From Cyanobacteriota bacterium (GTDB taxonomy: Bacteria > Cyanobacteriota > Cyanobacteriia > Thermostichales > Thermostichaceae), in NCBI GenBank assembly GCA_033764955.1, contig JANRIL010000024.1, positions 64,001 through 128,000 of the forward strand: a stretch of 64,000 nt of DNA. The letters run 5' to 3'. Below, in pieces: positions 49,986-60,526 of this stretch (its first letter is position 1; every line of letters starts with the position of its first letter). The notes under the pieces were generated by a model. That model had not been told where the DNA came from. It did not search any database and saw only the letters and a program-made list of their open reading frames with translations. Made by a program: the position numbers and the translations under genes.

Positions 49986-52358
49986 ATGTCCCCATCCCTA
50001 CCCCCTTTGCTCAACACTCTTAATCCTTCCCAACAACAAGCGGTACAGCATTTCTGTGGCCCTTTGCTGGTGGTAGCGGGAGCGGGATCCGGCAAAACTC
50101 GCGCCCTCACCTGGCGGATTGCCCACCTGGTGTTGCAGCATCGGGTGGATCCGGGGGAAATTTTGGCGGTGACATTCACCAACAAAGCCGCCCGCGAAAT
50201 GAAAGAGCGCATCGAAAAGCTGTTTGCTCAGCAGGAAGCCCTACAAAACCACGGGATCCCCTTAGAAAAGCTGGAGCCATCTCAACAAACCCGCCTCCAA
50301 TCCAGCGTGTATAAACGGTATCTCAAGCCGTTATGGATTGGCACGTTTCACAGCTTGTTTTCTCAGATCCTACGGATGGATATCGAAAAGTTTCAAGACT
50401 CACAAGGGCGAAAATGGAACCGTAATTTTTCTATTTTTGATGAGTCTGACACCCAAAGTCTGGTCAAAGATATTGTTACCAATCAACTCAAGTTGGATGA
50501 CCGTAAATTTGAACCGAAGTCCGTTCGCTATGCCATCAGTAATGCTAAAAACCAGGGCTGGACACCTGCTGACCTAGAAGTTGAGCAGCCTACTTTTCGG
50601 GGCCGCACGATTGCTCAGGTTTATCAAATTTATCAAAATCAACTGGCGGCCAACAACAGTCTCGATTTTGATGATCTGATTTGGATCCCTGTCCAATTAT
50701 TCCGGCAAAATGAACAAGTATTAGCCTATTGGCATGAACGATTTCGCCACATCTTGGTAGATGAATATCAGGACACTAATCGCACCCAGTATGAACTGAT
50801 TCGCCTGTTAGCCACCAATGGTGAAACCAGTAAAAACAAGCTGAATTGGCAACATCGCTCCATTTTTGTTGTGGGAGATGCCGATCAAAGCATTTACCGT
50901 TTCCGGGGGGCAGATTTCACCATTTTGATGGAGTTTCAACAAGCCTTTGGGGATGGATTGCCCGATGCAGACACCCGCACGATGGTCAAATTAGAAGAAA
51001 ACTATCGTTCCACCTCGACTATTTTGGAGGCGGCCAATCACCTCATTCAAAACAATACTGAACGCATCGATAAAACCCTGCGTGCCACACGCGGCGAAGG
51101 AGAATTGGTATTTTGTCATCAAGCCGATCATGAATTGGCGGAAGCGGAATTTGTCGTTAATGCCATTCGCCGCTTAGAACAGCGGGATCCCCAGTGGGAC
51201 TATGGCAGCTTTGCCATTCTCTATCGCACCAACGCCCAATCCCGTCCGTTTGAAGAAATGCTCCTGCGTTGGGGGATCCCTTATACAGTCGTGGGAGGAT
51301 TACGGTTTTATGACCGCAAAGAAATCAAAGATATCTTGTCCTATTTGCGAGCGATTCATAACCCTGCTGATTCCCTAAGTCTATTGCGAGTGATCAATAC
51401 CCCTCGCCGTGGCATTGGCAAGTCTACCCTCGATAAATTAGCCAGCGCCGCCGCCAGTTTGAATGTTCCGTTGTGGGAAATTTTGAGTGATGAAACCTCT
51501 GTGGCGACAATTGCGGGGCGTTCTGCCAAACCGGTTCAACAATTTGCCCAGATGATCAGCCATTGGCATGAACGCCTGAACCAGGACTCCGCCTCCGTCA
51601 TTTTAGAAGGGATCCTGCGCGATACCGGATATGTCGAGGATCTGAAAGCTCAGGGCACCGACGAAGCCAACGAACGCACCCAAAACGTCATGGAACTTTA
51701 TAACGCTGCCCGCCAGTTTGAGGAGGATCAAGAGGATCCCAGTTTGGCGGCTTTTTTAGCCAATGTATCGCTGGCTTCCGATCTGGACAATCTGCCGGAG
51801 CAAACCCAGAAAGTGTCCCTAATGACCCTCCATTCCTCCAAAGGATTAGAATTTCCGGTGGTCTTTTTGGTGGGGGTCGAACAGGGGCTTTTCCCCAATT
51901 TCCGCTCCCTCGAAGATCCCGTTGCTCTAGAAGAAGAACGCCGTCTTTGCTATGTGGGCATTACCCGCGCCCAAGAACAACTGTTTCTCACCCATGCCCG
52001 TGAGCGCCGTCTTTACGGACAACGGGAAGCGGCTATCCCCTCCCTCTTTTTGGCGGAGTTACCCAAAAACCTCTTAGCCACCGACAAAGCAGGGACGATT
52101 CCACGTCAACTCGCCCGCACTAGCCCTGCCGCCAAGCCCACCCCCTCCACCCCTGTCTCCCTTCAATCTCGTCCATCCGCTGCCCTGACCTGGGCTGTCG
52201 GCGATCAACTAGAACATCGGCAATTTGGACAAGGCCAGATCACCCATGTCTTTGGGAGTGGGGATAAAGTAACGCTAGCGGTGAAATTTGCTGGGCATCC
52301 TTCCCCAAAAATTTTAGATCCACGGGTTGCCCCCATCCAAAAACCATCGGGATCCTGA
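49986..52358 (+). CDS. pcrA: DNA helicase PcrA/UvrD
   Basis: AGAGSGKT, TFTNKAA, VDEYQDTN, GDADQSIY, ENYRS, EEERRLCYV. Confidence 0.96.
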   Translation: MSPSLPPLLNTLNPSQQQAVQHFCGPLLVVAGAGSGKTRALTWRIAHLVLQHRVDPGEILAVTFTNKAAREMKERIEKLFAQQEALQNHGIPLEKLEPSQQTRLQSSVYKRYLKPLWIGTFHSLFSQILRMDIEKFQDSQGRKWNRNFSIFDESDTQSLVKDIVTNQLKLDDRKFEPKSVRYAISNAKNQGWTPADLEVEQPTFRGRTIAQVYQIYQNQLAANNSLDFDDLIWIPVQLFRQNEQVLAYWHERFRHILVDEYQDTNRTQYELIRLLATNGETSKNKLNWQHRSIFVVGDADQSIYRFRGADFTILMEFQQAFGDGLPDADTRTMVKLEENYRSTSTILEAANHLIQNNTERIDKTLRATRGEGELVFCHQADHELAEAEFVVNAIRRLEQRDPQWDYGSFAILYRTNAQSRPFEEMLLRWGIPYTVVGGLRFYDRKEIKDILSYLRAIHNPADSLSLLRVINTPRRGIGKSTLDKLASAAASLNVPLWEILSDETSVATIAGRSAKPVQQFAQMISHWHERLNQDSASVILEGILRDTGYVEDLKAQGTDEANERTQNVMELYNAARQFEEDQEDPSLAAFLANVSLASDLDNLPEQTQKVSLMTLHSSKGLEFPVVFLVGVEQGLFPNFRSLEDPVALEEERRLCYVGITRAQEQLFLTHARERRLYGQREAAIPSLFLAELPKNLLATDKAGTIPRQLARTSPAAKPTPSTPVSLQSRPSAALTWAVGDQLEHRQFGQGQITHVFGSGDKVTLAVKFAGHPSPKILDPRVAPIQKPSGS

Positions 52359-52423
52359 GTGCCTCTGTCCGGCAACAGCCCCCAACCATCTTCAAAGAAT
52401 CTTTCAAAAACTTAAACCCTTCT

Positions 52424-52885
52424 ATGGTCGATACCCTCTTTGCTTTTGAAGCCGACTTTGCGGGAACCCTGCACTGCATCCCGATGGTGGTGCGGTTTAA
52501 GTTGGATCGTTGTGGGGTCAAGCTGAAATTAAGCCAATGGCAAGCCTTCTCTGCAGAACAAAAGGGATCCCTGATCCGCTTACCGTGCCAATCGGACTCC
52601 GAAATCGCCGCCTACCGCACCACTCTCTCCACCTGGATTAGCGAAAACCAGAGCCAGGTTAGCCTGTTTGAGCCAGAGACCCATCCCCTGTGGGCGGATG
52701 CTAGCTCGATTCCGGCGGAAGTGGCGGGGCGGATCGAGGAATTGGGGGGATCCCTGGCTATGGCAGACTGGCAAGCCCTGAGCGAATTGCAGCGCTTTGC
52801 CCTAATTAAACTGGCTCGTTCCCAGCACGAACACCGCAACTTTCTCCCCGCTTTGCTGGAATTTAATTTGCCAATTGAGGGGTAG
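52424..52885 (+). CDS. Nitrate reductase associated protein (NarM-like)
   Basis: FEADF..LHCIPMVVRFKLD.CGVKLKL..LQRFALIKL..H.NF. Confidence 0.85.
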   Translation: MVDTLFAFEADFAGTLHCIPMVVRFKLDRCGVKLKLSQWQAFSAEQKGSLIRLPCQSDSEIAAYRTTLSTWISENQSQVSLFEPETHPLWADASSIPAEVAGRIEELGGSLAMADWQALSELQRFALIKLARSQHEHRNFLPALLEFNLPIEG

Positions 52886-52972
52886 GCGGGATCCCTTATG
52901 GCAAGATTTGTTCAGAGGTAGGTTTTGTCCAGCCTTCTCCATCACACTGTCTGGCTTGAAGGGGATCCCGTC

Positions 52973-54082
52973 ATGGATGTGAAAGCTGCTGTTGCCCACG
53001 CTGCCGGAAAACCCCTGTCGATTGAGACGGTGCAACTGCAAGAGCCGCAAGAAGGGGAGGTCTTGTTAGAGATCAAAGCCACCGGAGTCTGTCATACCGA
53101 TGCGTTTACCCTCTCCGGAGCGGATCCTGAAGGGTTATTCCCAGCGATTTTGGGGCACGAAGGGGCAGGCGTGGTGGTGGAAGTGGGGCCAGGGGTAAAA
53201 TCCCTCAAACCAGGGGATCATGGGATCCCGCTCTACACGCCGGAATGCCGGAATTGTGATTATTGCCTGAGTGGCAAAACCAATCTTTGTCAAGCTATTC
53301 GGGTCACCCAGGGCAAGGGATTGATGCCCAATGGCACGAGCCGCTTTTCTCAAGATGGACAAATGCTCCATCACTATATGGGAACCTCTACATTTGCCCA
53401 GTATACTGTTTTGCCAGAAATTGCTGTGGCTAAAATTCGAGAAGATGCCCCTTTTGAAAAAGTTTGCTATATCGGTTGTGGGGTGACTACGGGGATTGGA
53501 GCTGTCATCCATACTGCCAAAGTGGAACCAGGATCCAACGTGATTGTCTTTGGTTTAGGGGGCATTGGCCTGAATGTCATCCAAGGGTGTCGGATGGTGG
53601 GAGCCAATCAAATTATTGGTGTGGATCTCAATCCCAAAAAACGGGTATTGGCAGAGAAATTAGGTATGACTCACTTTGTTAACCCACAAGAGGTTGAGGG
53701 GGATCTCGTTCCTTATTTGATAGATCTAACCAAGGGTGGGGCTGACTATACTTTTGAATGTATTGGCAATGTCAAGGTGATGCGACAGGCGTTAGAGTGT
53801 TGCCACAAAGGATGGGGGGTCAGTGTGATTATTGGAGTGGCTGGAGCCGGACAAGAAATTAGTACCCGCCCCTTTCAATTGGTGACCGGACGAGTCTGGA
53901 AAGGCTCAGCATTTGGAGGGGCAAAAGGCCGTACGGATGTTCCTAAAATTGTTGATTGGTATATGAACGGCAAGATCAACATTGATGATCTGATCACCCA
54001 TGTTATGCCACTAGAAAAGATCAATGATGCCTTTGATCTGATGCACCAAGGGGAGTCCATTCGCACCGTTATCACCTTCTAA
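52973..54082 (+). CDS. frmA: S-(hydroxymethyl)glutathione dehydrogenase (class III ADH)
   Basis: [29 protein letters not shown]. Confidence 0.96.
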   Translation: MDVKAAVAHAAGKPLSIETVQLQEPQEGEVLLEIKATGVCHTDAFTLSGADPEGLFPAILGHEGAGVVVEVGPGVKSLKPGDHGIPLYTPECRNCDYCLSGKTNLCQAIRVTQGKGLMPNGTSRFSQDGQMLHHYMGTSTFAQYTVLPEIAVAKIREDAPFEKVCYIGCGVTTGIGAVIHTAKVEPGSNVIVFGLGGIGLNVIQGCRMVGANQIIGVDLNPKKRVLAEKLGMTHFVNPQEVEGDLVPYLIDLTKGGADYTFECIGNVKVMRQALECCHKGWGVSVIIGVAGAGQEISTRPFQLVTGRVWKGSAFGGAKGRTDVPKIVDWYMNGKINIDDLITHVMPLEKINDAFDLMHQGESIRTVITF

Positions 54083-54088
54083 TAGTTC

Positions 54089-55396
54089 ATGAGTCTTGCT
54101 AACAATCAGCACAACCCAACATCCGCTGTGCTCGTCGTGGGAGCCGGAGCGGCAGGGGTAGCGGCGGCTCATCGCTTGCAGGCAGCGGGAGAGACGGTGG
54201 TGGTCTTGGAGGCTCGCCATCGACTGGGGGGTAGGGTTTGGACGGATGAACAGTTTGCCAACTTCCCGGTGGAATTGGGGGCGGAGTTTATTCATGGGGA
54301 GCAGGCTCCCACCCACCTCCTGCTGAAAGAATCGGGTTTGCAGGGGATCCCGGTATCGTTGAAACCCAATTTGTGGTGGTCGGAAGCAGGGCAAGCGGCT
54401 CGACCCATTCCCGATCTTTCTCCAGCTTGCCAGTCCATCTGGCAGGGATTGCAGGCTGATTATCAGCACTTGTTGAACAGTCACCTCAACGAAGACGATT
54501 CTCTGGGGAACTATTTACGGACGCGAGGTTGGCAGGGGGAAGCCTTGGGGATGGCAGATGTGTTGTTGGCACAAACCTGCTGCGCCCCATTAGACTCCCT
54601 CAGTTGTCAAGACTTGATCCGCGAAGCCCAGGTGGATCAGGCTGGCGCTGGTGAAGCCAGGATTGCAGAGGGCTATCACCGTTTATTGACCTACCTGGCC
54701 CGTGATCTCTCCATTGACTATGGCCAAGTGGTGCAAGGGATCCACTGTTCATCCTCCCGCGTTCAGATCCACACCGCCCAGCAAGACTATCAAGGGAAAG
54801 CTTGTATCGTCACGGTTCCGGTCAGTTTGTTGCAAGGGTCAACTATCCGATTTGATCCTCCCCTCTCACCAGAAAAGCGACGAGCTATTCAGTCCTTTCG
54901 CATAGAGCCTTCCAGCAAGTTGATCTACCGCTTTCGTCAACACCTGTGGCCCGACTCCCTCACCCTGATGGCACATCAAGGCTTAGTAGCGCGTTGGTGG
55001 ACTCCCGCCTATGCTCGTTCGGGAGCCGATGCGGTGATCGCCAGCCACATTACTGCCCAGCGTGCCCATCACATTGACCGTCTCCCCCTAGCCACCGCCC
55101 TGGCCCTGGGATTGCGGGATCTCAGCCTTCTCCTGGGCATCTCTATGGCTCACCTGCAAGCCGAGTGTCTGGATGCCCGCCGCCTCAGTTGGGGAGCGGA
55201 TCCCTACACGCTGGGGGGATATGCCCATATTCCGCCCGGTCAAGCTGAGGCAAGAGTAGTGTTGGCGCAACCGGAGGGATCCCGTTTATTTTTTGCCGGA
55301 GAAGCAACGGCCTACGACAGCAATCCCCAAACAGTGCATGGGGCGATGGTGAGTGGTTGGCGAGCCGCCCAATCCTGCTTGGAGGCGGTGGGGTGA
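54089..55396 (+). CDS. Flavin monoamine oxidase family protein
   Basis: VGAGAAG, LEAR.RLGGR, ELGAEFIHG, FFAGEAT, TVHGA. Confidence 0.9.
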   Translation: MSLANNQHNPTSAVLVVGAGAAGVAAAHRLQAAGETVVVLEARHRLGGRVWTDEQFANFPVELGAEFIHGEQAPTHLLLKESGLQGIPVSLKPNLWWSEAGQAARPIPDLSPACQSIWQGLQADYQHLLNSHLNEDDSLGNYLRTRGWQGEALGMADVLLAQTCCAPLDSLSCQDLIREAQVDQAGAGEARIAEGYHRLLTYLARDLSIDYGQVVQGIHCSSSRVQIHTAQQDYQGKACIVTVPVSLLQGSTIRFDPPLSPEKRRAIQSFRIEPSSKLIYRFRQHLWPDSLTLMAHQGLVARWWTPAYARSGADAVIASHITAQRAHHIDRLPLATALALGLRDLSLLLGISMAHLQAECLDARRLSWGADPYTLGGYAHIPPGQAEARVVLAQPEGSRLFFAGEATAYDSNPQTVHGAMVSGWRAAQSCLEAVG

Positions 55397-55460
55397 AGGC
55401 TTGCTCTGGATCCCAGATGTGGTCTAATGGGCAACTAAGGATGACAAGGATTCAGAAACT

Positions 55461-56678
55461 ATGACGGCAGAGTGGCAGGTCATTTCCGGCGGCATCACGG
55501 CTCCCCGCGGATTTCGAGCAACGGGCATAGCGGCAGGACTGAAGCCGTCGGGTGCTCCCGATCTCACCCTGATTGTCTCGGATGTGGCGGCGGTAGCGGC
55601 AGGGGTGTTTACCACCAATCAGGTCAAAGCTGCCTGTGTTACCTATGGGCAAGCGGTGATCGCTCAACAACAGCCTGTGCGGGCGATTGTCTGTAATGCG
55701 GGTCAGGCCAATGCCTGTACGGGCAGTCAAGGGGATGTCGATAATCAAGAATTGGCACGCCTGGTGGCGGAGCAACTGGGGATCCCTGCTGAGCAGGTGT
55801 TGACGGCCTCTACGGGGGTGATTGGGCGACGACTGGCCATGGATAAATTGCAGCAGGCCATGCCTCATCTGGTGGAAAGCCTATCGGTGGAGGGGGCAGC
55901 TCAAGCGGCGCGGGCCATTTTGACCACGGATCTGGTGGAAAAAACCATTACATTGCAGGCAGAAATTGCCGGGATCCCAGTGCGCTTGGCGGGCATTGCC
56001 AAGGGTTCTGGCATGATTCATCCCAATCTGGCCACCATGCTGGCCTTTATCACCTGTGATGCCAGTGTCTCCCCCGCCCTTTGGCAAAACATGTTGGCGA
56101 CAGCCGCCGATCTGAGTTTTAACCAGATCACCGTAGACGGCGATACCAGCACCAACGATATGCTCTTGGCGCTGGCCAACGGACAGTCGGGATCCCCCTT
56201 GATTCAGGCCGATACTGCTGAGGCAGAGCAGTTACAGACCATGCTCAATGCCGCCTGCATCCATCTGGCTAAGGCGATTGCGCGGGATGGGGAAGGAGCC
56301 AATAAATTGCTAGAAATTCGGGTAAGAGGAGCGGCTAGCGCCGCCGCCGCCCGCCAAATTGCCCGTGTGATTGCCAGTTCTCCCCTCGTCAAGTCGGCGG
56401 CCTTTGGCTGTGATCCCAACTGGGGGCGGGTGGTTGCCGCGGCGGGGCGGGCGGGGGTAACTTTTGATGCACGGTTGATTGATCTTTGGTTAGGGGATTT
56501 TCAGATGATGCAAGCGGGGATGCCGCTGCCTTTTGATCGGCAGGCTGCCTCCGACTATTTGAAAGGGGATCCCGTTACCTTCCTCGTGGATTTGCATCAG
56601 GGATCCGGGGAAGGAATCGCCTGGGGCTGCGACCTCAGCTACGACTATGTCAAGATCAACGCCGAATACACTACTTAA
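55461..56678 (+). CDS. argJ: Ornithine acetyltransferase / N-acetylglutamate synthase
   Basis: ANACTG, STGVIG, KGSGMIHPNLATML, DGDTSTND, DGEGA, INAEYTT. Confidence 0.96.
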   Translation: MTAEWQVISGGITAPRGFRATGIAAGLKPSGAPDLTLIVSDVAAVAAGVFTTNQVKAACVTYGQAVIAQQQPVRAIVCNAGQANACTGSQGDVDNQELARLVAEQLGIPAEQVLTASTGVIGRRLAMDKLQQAMPHLVESLSVEGAAQAARAILTTDLVEKTITLQAEIAGIPVRLAGIAKGSGMIHPNLATMLAFITCDASVSPALWQNMLATAADLSFNQITVDGDTSTNDMLLALANGQSGSPLIQADTAEAEQLQTMLNAACIHLAKAIARDGEGANKLLEIRVRGAASAAAARQIARVIASSPLVKSAAFGCDPNWGRVVAAAGRAGVTFDARLIDLWLGDFQMMQAGMPLPFDRQAASDYLKGDPVTFLVDLHQGSGEGIAWGCDLSYDYVKINAEYTT

Positions 56679-56769
56679 ACCTCCCCATTCAAATCTCGAC
56701 GATTCTAAGTGGCAATCTCTGGGAACGTCCTTGAATGACTCCGAACTATTCCATCTACCGTGAGCTGTT

Positions 56770-57717
56770 ATGACCCCTGCTCCCCCGATTTTACAGACCA
56801 CCAGCCGGATCCCACTGGGTTCCAGTGAGGTCTGGGTCAGTCCGCTAGGAATTGGCACCTGGGCGTGGGGGGATCGTCTCTTTTGGGGCTATGGCGGTCA
56901 GTATCGAGACGAGGATTTACAGGCCGCTTTTGCCACCTGCCTAGAGGCGGGGATCAATTTTTTCGATACGGCGGAAGTGTATGGACTGGGGCGTTCGGAG
57001 CAGTTGTTGGGTCAGTTTGCCAGCGGACAATCGCTAGTGATGGCCAGTAAATTTATGCCCTATCCCTGGCGGTTCGCCCCCCAAAGCTTGCGGGATGCCC
57101 TCCGCCATAGTTTGCAGCGGCTGGGGTTAGATTGCCTAGATCTCTATCAAATTCATTGGCCTATTCCACTCTTGGCGATTGAGGTCTGGGTGGAGGCTCT
57201 GGCGGATGTGGTGGAGGCGGGGCTGGCGCGGGCGGTGGGGGTTTCTAACTATAGTGCGGATCAAATGCGTCGCGCCCACGCGGTGTTGCAGGCACGCGGG
57301 ATCCCGTTAGCCTCCAATCAGGTGCAGTACAGTTTGCTGCATCGACAACCGGAGCGGGATGGGGTAAGGCAAGCCTGTCAAGAACTGGGGGTGACGCTGA
57401 TTGCCTATAGTCCTTTGGGAATGGGCTTGCTCACAGGCAAATATAACCCAGAGCGGCTACCGGCGGGGCCACGCCGTTGGACAGCCGCCACCAAACTGGC
57501 TCAGGTCAAACCCCTCCTCGATGCCATGCAGCCGATAGCCACCCACCACGGCAAAAGTCTGGCTCAGGTTGCCCTCAACTGGACAATAGCCAAGGGATCC
57601 CTGCCGATTCCGGGAGCCAAAAATGCCCGCCAAGCCGCCGAAAATGCCGGAGCTTTGGGCTGGTCACTCACCGCCGAGGAAGTTGGCGCTCTTGATCAAG
57701 CCAGTCAAGACTTTTAG
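56770..57717 (+). CDS. Aldo/keto reductase
   Basis: GTWAWG, FDTAEVYG, DLYQIHWP, GVSNY, AYSPL. Confidence 0.92.
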   Translation: MTPAPPILQTTSRIPLGSSEVWVSPLGIGTWAWGDRLFWGYGGQYRDEDLQAAFATCLEAGINFFDTAEVYGLGRSEQLLGQFASGQSLVMASKFMPYPWRFAPQSLRDALRHSLQRLGLDCLDLYQIHWPIPLLAIEVWVEALADVVEAGLARAVGVSNYSADQMRRAHAVLQARGIPLASNQVQYSLLHRQPERDGVRQACQELGVTLIAYSPLGMGLLTGKYNPERLPAGPRRWTAATKLAQVKPLLDAMQPIATHHGKSLAQVALNWTIAKGSLPIPGAKNARQAAENAGALGWSLTAEEVGALDQASQDF

Positions 57718-57723
57718 AGGTTT

Positions 57724-59016
57724 TTATCCGAAAACGGGGACTTTTTGCTGGGGAGGATAGATCAGATAAACTGTACCCCCAGAAGCCCCTAGCCACAGCT
57801 TCTCCAGTTGGGCGCGGGGATAAGTCCGCCGCACCTCACTATCACGGGCAGCAGCAGGATCATGGACGATGGGATCCCCTTGGGTGTTAAAGCCCACCAG
57901 CACCGCCAAATGCCCATCACTTTTCGGAATAGCGGCTCCGGCTAGCTCCCCCTCTTGCCACGCAAAGCTAAACACCACCGGAACCTGGGCGGCAATCCAG
58001 GGTTCGGCGGCGGCTAAGCTGTTGAGGCGAGCCACATAGCCCAGTAACCCCTGACTGGTGGCATGAGCCACATTAAACGCCCAGTTGCCATGCCCGTCGT
58101 AGAGCCAATCATAAACCCCTGCGACAGTTGCTCTCACCTGCGGTTCACAGGCTGCCTGACTGGATTGCCAGTAGGCTTTGACCATCGCCACCGAGGTAGG
58201 ACTGCACCATACCTCCCCCCCGTCGGCATAGACCATCTGAGAGCATTCGGGTAACGATAAAGAGCGGTTCCAGAGGGCAGGATTACCTGAGATCCCCGAT
58301 TCCGCCTGGATAGGGATAGTAGAGGTAGCCACCGCCGCCTGCCGCAGCACAGGTATCGCCGTCTCCTGCTCGCTAAATAAGCGCACTTTCACTTGCAGGG
58401 CGGAGGATCCCTGTATCTCATCTTTTAAGACCAAGAGATCGGTGTAGAGATTGCCATGCTCGTCCGCCTGCTCATCGATGGAGTGGGGTTGCACAGTCGC
58501 GGAAGGGTGAGAAGTCCAGACGCCATAGCTATACCATTTTGTCCAGCCATCTTTAATTTGGGCACGCAATTGCACTTCCACCCAAGATCCGGCGGGAGTA
58601 GTGGTGTTCCAGGAGGCGAGTGCCCCCACAAACCCAAAGGTCGTCGGGGTGATCGGGCTGATGGCTTCTCCCAGCCAAAACTCCCCGCCATTGTAAAAAT
58701 TACCCTCCCGATAGCCTCCTGCCGGATAGGGATCCCGTTGCCACTCTGCGGTTGGGGGATCCAATTGCAGCGTCCCCTCAGGGGTGATCTCAATCCCCGC
58801 CAACTGCCAGTCGGCAAACCCCTGCTCAGCAGCTTGCCAAACCACCAATCCCGTTTGATAGGAAGACTGTTGCGCCATCACCGATTGCCCCGTTGTTGGG
58901 GATCCCATCATTCCCCCTAATCCTAAAACGAGGAGGCCGATCAGCCACGGAATCGAGTAGCGACCGATCCAGCGATAGAGGCTGTGCAGCATAGTTTGGG
59001 GATCCCGACACTCCAT
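57724..59016 (-). CDS. Secreted C39-like peptidase family protein
   Basis: SQM, WCSPTS, GNW.FN, GHLAVLVGF..GD..VHDPA; start uncertain. Confidence 0.82.
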   Translation of the reverse strand: MECRDPQTMLHSLYRWIGRYSIPWLIGLLVLGLGGMMGSPTTGQSVMAQQSSYQTGLVVWQAAEQGFADWQLAGIEITPEGTLQLDPPTAEWQRDPYPAGGYREGNFYNGGEFWLGEAISPITPTTFGFVGALASWNTTTPAGSWVEVQLRAQIKDGWTKWYSYGVWTSHPSATVQPHSIDEQADEHGNLYTDLLVLKDEIQGSSALQVKVRLFSEQETAIPVLRQAAVATSTIPIQAESGISGNPALWNRSLSLPECSQMVYADGGEVWCSPTSVAMVKAYWQSSQAACEPQVRATVAGVYDWLYDGHGNWAFNVAHATSQGLLGYVARLNSLAAAEPWIAAQVPVVFSFAWQEGELAGAAIPKSDGHLAVLVGFNTQGDPIVHDPAAARDSEVRRTYPRAQLEKLWLGASGGTVYLIYPPQQKVPVFG

Positions 59017-59065
59017 TTGCCCTTCACTCTACAGCAACTCCCTAACGTGAAAAACAGAGGCATTC

Positions 59066-60461
59066 TTGACATCCTCTTCCGCCAAACGCTAGGCGATGTG
59101 GCGGGAGATTCCCAAGCCTCACGACTTGGTTTTCTGTTTCCTTCCCTTGCGGGTTTTACGCAACTGCCCTCCAGACTCATGCCTAGCTTCGCACGACGTT
59201 CCGTCTACAGGTCTTACGTTCGCTCCGCAGACTGTCACTGCTTGTCCAGCAGCCAAGATGTTGCAGGCAGCATTGATATCCCGGTCATGGACTGTCTGAC
59301 AGTGGGGACATTCCCACTCCCGGATGTCCAATGGCAAAGACTCAACAATATGCCCACAATGTCCACATCGCTTGGAACTGGGAAACCAGCGGTCAATTTT
59401 GACCAAGGTTCGCCCGTACCAAGCGCATTTGTAGTCCAGCATCCGCACCAGCTCCCCCCATCCCGCATCGGAGATGGAGTTGGCCAGCTTGTGATTCTTG
59501 ACCATGTTCCGCACAGCCAGGTCTTCCACGACGATGGTTTGGTTTTCACGCACCAATCGCGTACTGAGCTTGTGCAAGAAATCTTTGCGACTATCGGCAA
59601 TTTTGGCGTGTTGCCGTGCCACTTTGCGTCGCGCTTTGTCTCGGTTCTTGGATCCTTTCTGCTTGCGGCTCAGGGATTTCTGAACCTGACGCAATTTGTG
59701 GCGATATTTGCGAAAGTGGCGGGGATTGGAGATTTTCTCTCCACTGCTGAGAGTAACCAGACTGGTCAATCCTGCATCCACCCCGACAGATCCTTCAGTC
59801 TTGGGCAATGCCTCAACAGTGGGATCATCCACCAACAGCGACACGAACCAACGTCCACAGGGATCCAGCTTCACCGTCACCGTGGAGGGACTCACCCCAT
59901 CGGGCAAGGCACGGCTCCAGACAATCGGCAAGGGCTGTTCGCACTTAGCCAGAAAGAGTTGACCATTGCGGTATTTGAACGCCGATTTGGTGAACTCTGC
60001 ACTGCCCCCATTACGTTTCTTCTTGAAACGGGGGTAGCGGGCGCGCCCGTCAAAGAAGTTGGCAAACCCCTTTTGCAAGTGGCGCAAACCCTGCTGCAAG
60101 GGAACACAGCTCACCTCATTGAGAAACTGCAAGTCTTCTTGCCGTTTCCACTCAGTCAGAGCCGCCGATGTCTGAACATAGTCCACCCGCTCTTGGCGTT
60201 CATACCAAGCCTCGGTTCGCAAGGCCAATGCTTTGTTGAATACCAGCCGCACACAGCCCAGCGTCCGACCCAGCAAGGCTTCTTGCTCCGGTGTTGGATA
60301 GAAGCGGTAACGGTAGGCTCGTTCAGTCATTCCTCACACTATAGTGCAGCCAATGTGAGGACTATTGTATTGCTGGGCGATGGGGGATTGACCCCCATCG
60401 CCCAGCCTCCTATCCCTCTCCCGCCACAGCCCAGCTTGGCGGAAGTCTCTCGGAGTTCAAG
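59066..60461 (-). mobile_element. tnpB-only (IS1341-like) IS200/IS605 element
   Basis: Minus strand: TCAT (60465-60462), then left-end hairpin CTTCCGCCA..TGGCGGGAG; right-end hairpin CTCCCGCCA..TGGCGGAAG ending GGATGTCAA at 59066; no tnpA. Confidence 0.85.
59119..60330 (-). CDS. tnpB: RNA-guided endonuclease TnpB
   Basis: YRYRFYPT, RuvC GVDAG / VVEDL / DRDINAA, CGHC..CPHC zinc ribbon. Confidence 0.95.
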   Translation of the reverse strand: MTERAYRYRFYPTPEQEALLGRTLGCVRLVFNKALALRTEAWYERQERVDYVQTSAALTEWKRQEDLQFLNEVSCVPLQQGLRHLQKGFANFFDGRARYPRFKKKRNGGSAEFTKSAFKYRNGQLFLAKCEQPLPIVWSRALPDGVSPSTVTVKLDPCGRWFVSLLVDDPTVEALPKTEGSVGVDAGLTSLVTLSSGEKISNPRHFRKYRHKLRQVQKSLSRKQKGSKNRDKARRKVARQHAKIADSRKDFLHKLSTRLVRENQTIVVEDLAVRNMVKNHKLANSISDAGWGELVRMLDYKCAWYGRTLVKIDRWFPSSKRCGHCGHIVESLPLDIREWECPHCQTVHDRDINAACNILAAGQAVTVCGANVRPVDGTSCEARHESGGQLRKTRKGRKQKTKS

Positions 60462-60526
60462 ATGATGGGGATCCCTAGCCCACGGCAGACCCCCGCTAAG
60501 ATTAAGAGGTTGTATTCAAAACGGCT

